Of a DNA stretch of 64,000 bases, positions 62,185-64,000 are shown piece after piece. This DNA is from Octopus sinensis. Taxonomy: Eukaryota. Within the stretch, counting starts at the first letter, position 1; each line of letters opens with the position of its first letter. The stretch spans positions 69,998,001-70,062,000 of the forward strand of contig NC_043003.1 of assembly GCF_006345805.1 (NCBI RefSeq), read 5' to 3'. A program made the translations under genes and the position numbers. The notes beneath the pieces were generated by a model, which ran no database searches, was not told the origin of the DNA, and saw nothing but the letters and a program-made list of their open reading frames with translations.

Positions 62185-62597
62185 CATGTTTTGAAAATAG
62201 ATTTTGTTGTGTCTTGGGTGGGTCATTATGCCATCAAGACACTCACTGGTTCTACTTCATTTCTTTATTTTTAATTTGTCAGTTGGTTAACCATTTAACC
62301 AATTAATTAATCCTTTTGATTAATCATTCAGTCAATCACTCAATCACCTAGGTTTGCTCTCTCTCTACTCTAGGTCACCTTCAGGAGTGGGAATTTCATT
62401 GATGAAGTCATGAATGGTGTGAAAAGGACTTTGAACTGATTGAGTGATTCACTGAATGATTAATTAAATAATTACTTGATTAAATGGTTACTTAATTGAC
62501 TAGTAAAATTTAAAAAGTGCAATAAAACCCATATAAGTGTATGTTTATTATTGGTCTAATGACCCTCCCAGCATGCAACAAAATCTGTTTCAACATG
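62185..62597. mobile_element. ~410-bp foldback MITE starting 33 nt after exon 14; related sequence at ~24970-25135
   Basis: catgttttgaaaatagattttgttg..gggtgggtcatta and ttaatcattcagtcaatcactcaatca pair with their complements at 62437-62597. Confidence 0.7.
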
Positions 62598-63115
62598 CAA
62601 CTTCATATCAAATATCTTGCAAAAAGCAAATTTTGAATAATGTTTAACCCTTTTGATACCAACTTGCCTAAGATCAGCCCAAGTTCTTTGACATAGACCG
62701 ACTGTTTCAAAGTAGCCAAAATCATAATCTGCCATCAAAATGTTATGCTAAATTGTGCCAGGCTCCAGCATAATAACTAGAAAGTTATTTTATTAAATTC
62801 TTCATTATCTTAAAAATTACTTGAAACAAAAGCAGCATATGTTAACAGAAATATGCTAACAAAATTTTATTTCATCTCAAATTCTGGTGGCTTGATCAAA
62901 TCTTTGTAATAAAGAAGATTTGATCTTTTTAATATTGAGGATTTTATTACAGCTGTTGTGAGGTGGTTGTGGTTGGTGTTGGTGGAGAATGAAAATGTCT
63001 TTCTAGGGCTGGTTGTGTATGGAATTAATGGCACTCAGAAACAATTAACAGAAGCTTTATTTACTGCACATAGTGTTGTCTGTGTTGGTCTTTGGATGAA
63101 AAACAACACCATTAA

Positions 63116-63331
63116 CCCTTTAGCATTGAGATTGGTCTGACAAAAAGCAGTGCTTATTTAATCACGTTGTTTTGAATTAATCCTGAATTATCTCATAGCT
63201 TTGAAATTTTGATGATATGATTGTGTGTTTTTAGAATGACATTGTAGGTCGTCTGAACATAATGATATCGCCTGGTCTAAACACAAAACAGAATGTTCTG
63301 GCTGGATTTGGCCGGTTTAAATACTAAAGGG
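63116..63331. mobile_element. TTAA-flanked piggyBac-type MITE (216 bp)
   Basis: ttaa|ccctttagcatt ... aatactaaaggg|ttaa. Confidence 0.85.
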
Positions 63332-64000
63332 TTAACATACCAAGAGAGACATATTATTGGAATCTATGACAAACTAACTGGTACCTATCAACCTGTGGCT
63401 GGTTTGCCACAACTGGAAAATAATCCTGATACATTCATGGTGGCAAATCTGTGCCATGAGAATGGAGATGTCAAGCAGCTGTCTCAACATTCTAGAGCTG
63501 CCACTAAGAGACCCATTTCTTTTTATGGGGCTCATAAGAAAGATGTAGAAAGTCGTATCACATGTTGGCTTGATGCTGATTGGTCAGTTAATTGTCTAAT
63601 CACATGAAACATCAGTGGTCCTATCATGGTGTCTGCTATCTGGCGATTCAGTTTTGAATCTGCTACACAGCCATTTGAATAATAAGAGAATTGATAGTTA
63701 CCCTCGGCTGTCATATGGCAGCATGTACCATGCCTTCACACTTTGTAAATGGCACCTTTTAGATGATGATTTCTCGACAGTAATTTGGTCTGCTGAAACA
63801 CAAGAGCCATATCTCTTTCAACAAAATTCCTACCATCTTTCAAACAGAAACTAAATCTATCTTGTCCTAAATATTATTCTTGACAACCACAAATGTTCTG
63901 ATAATCAATGCTTTGGTTACCTTTAAATCATGGATCTATTCATGAGTTAAAAGTAGCTCCCCAACAGTAACAGTAATAATAGCCTGTCACGGAGTGATGT

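Noticed and set aside
630-63854. Remaining short ORFs in the track
   Set aside because: They overlap SINEs, microsatellites or AP2A exons with intronic run-on, and show no independent protein signal.

Overview
Eukaryotic, AT-rich, microsatellite- and SINE-dense DNA, most likely an octopus (inferred from the repeat landscape, not from a search). The only host gene I can support is the AP-2 adaptor alpha subunit (alpha-adaptin, AP2A) on the + strand. Thirteen internal coding exons (19271-62152, 1616 nt) join in one open frame across GT-AG introns. Exon 1 was not found and the 3' exons lie beyond the window. The introns hold several tRNA-derived SINE families, fossil LINE ends (RTE, CR1/L2, R4-clade), a decayed hAT/Charlie transposase, hAT and TTAA (piggyBac-type) MITEs, a Helentron-type non-autonomous element and several foldbacks. 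The best lead is a short element with a tRNA-like Pol III head, an (AAT)n linker and a Penelope-type minimal hammerhead ribozyme. It occurs three times, twice as head-to-head palindromic dimers joined at tRNA position +1. A second, unrelated degenerate hammerhead abuts a 1.1-kb foldback. No ribozyme copy here is intact. Repeat boundaries were read by eye and are approximate unless a TSD or TIR is quoted.
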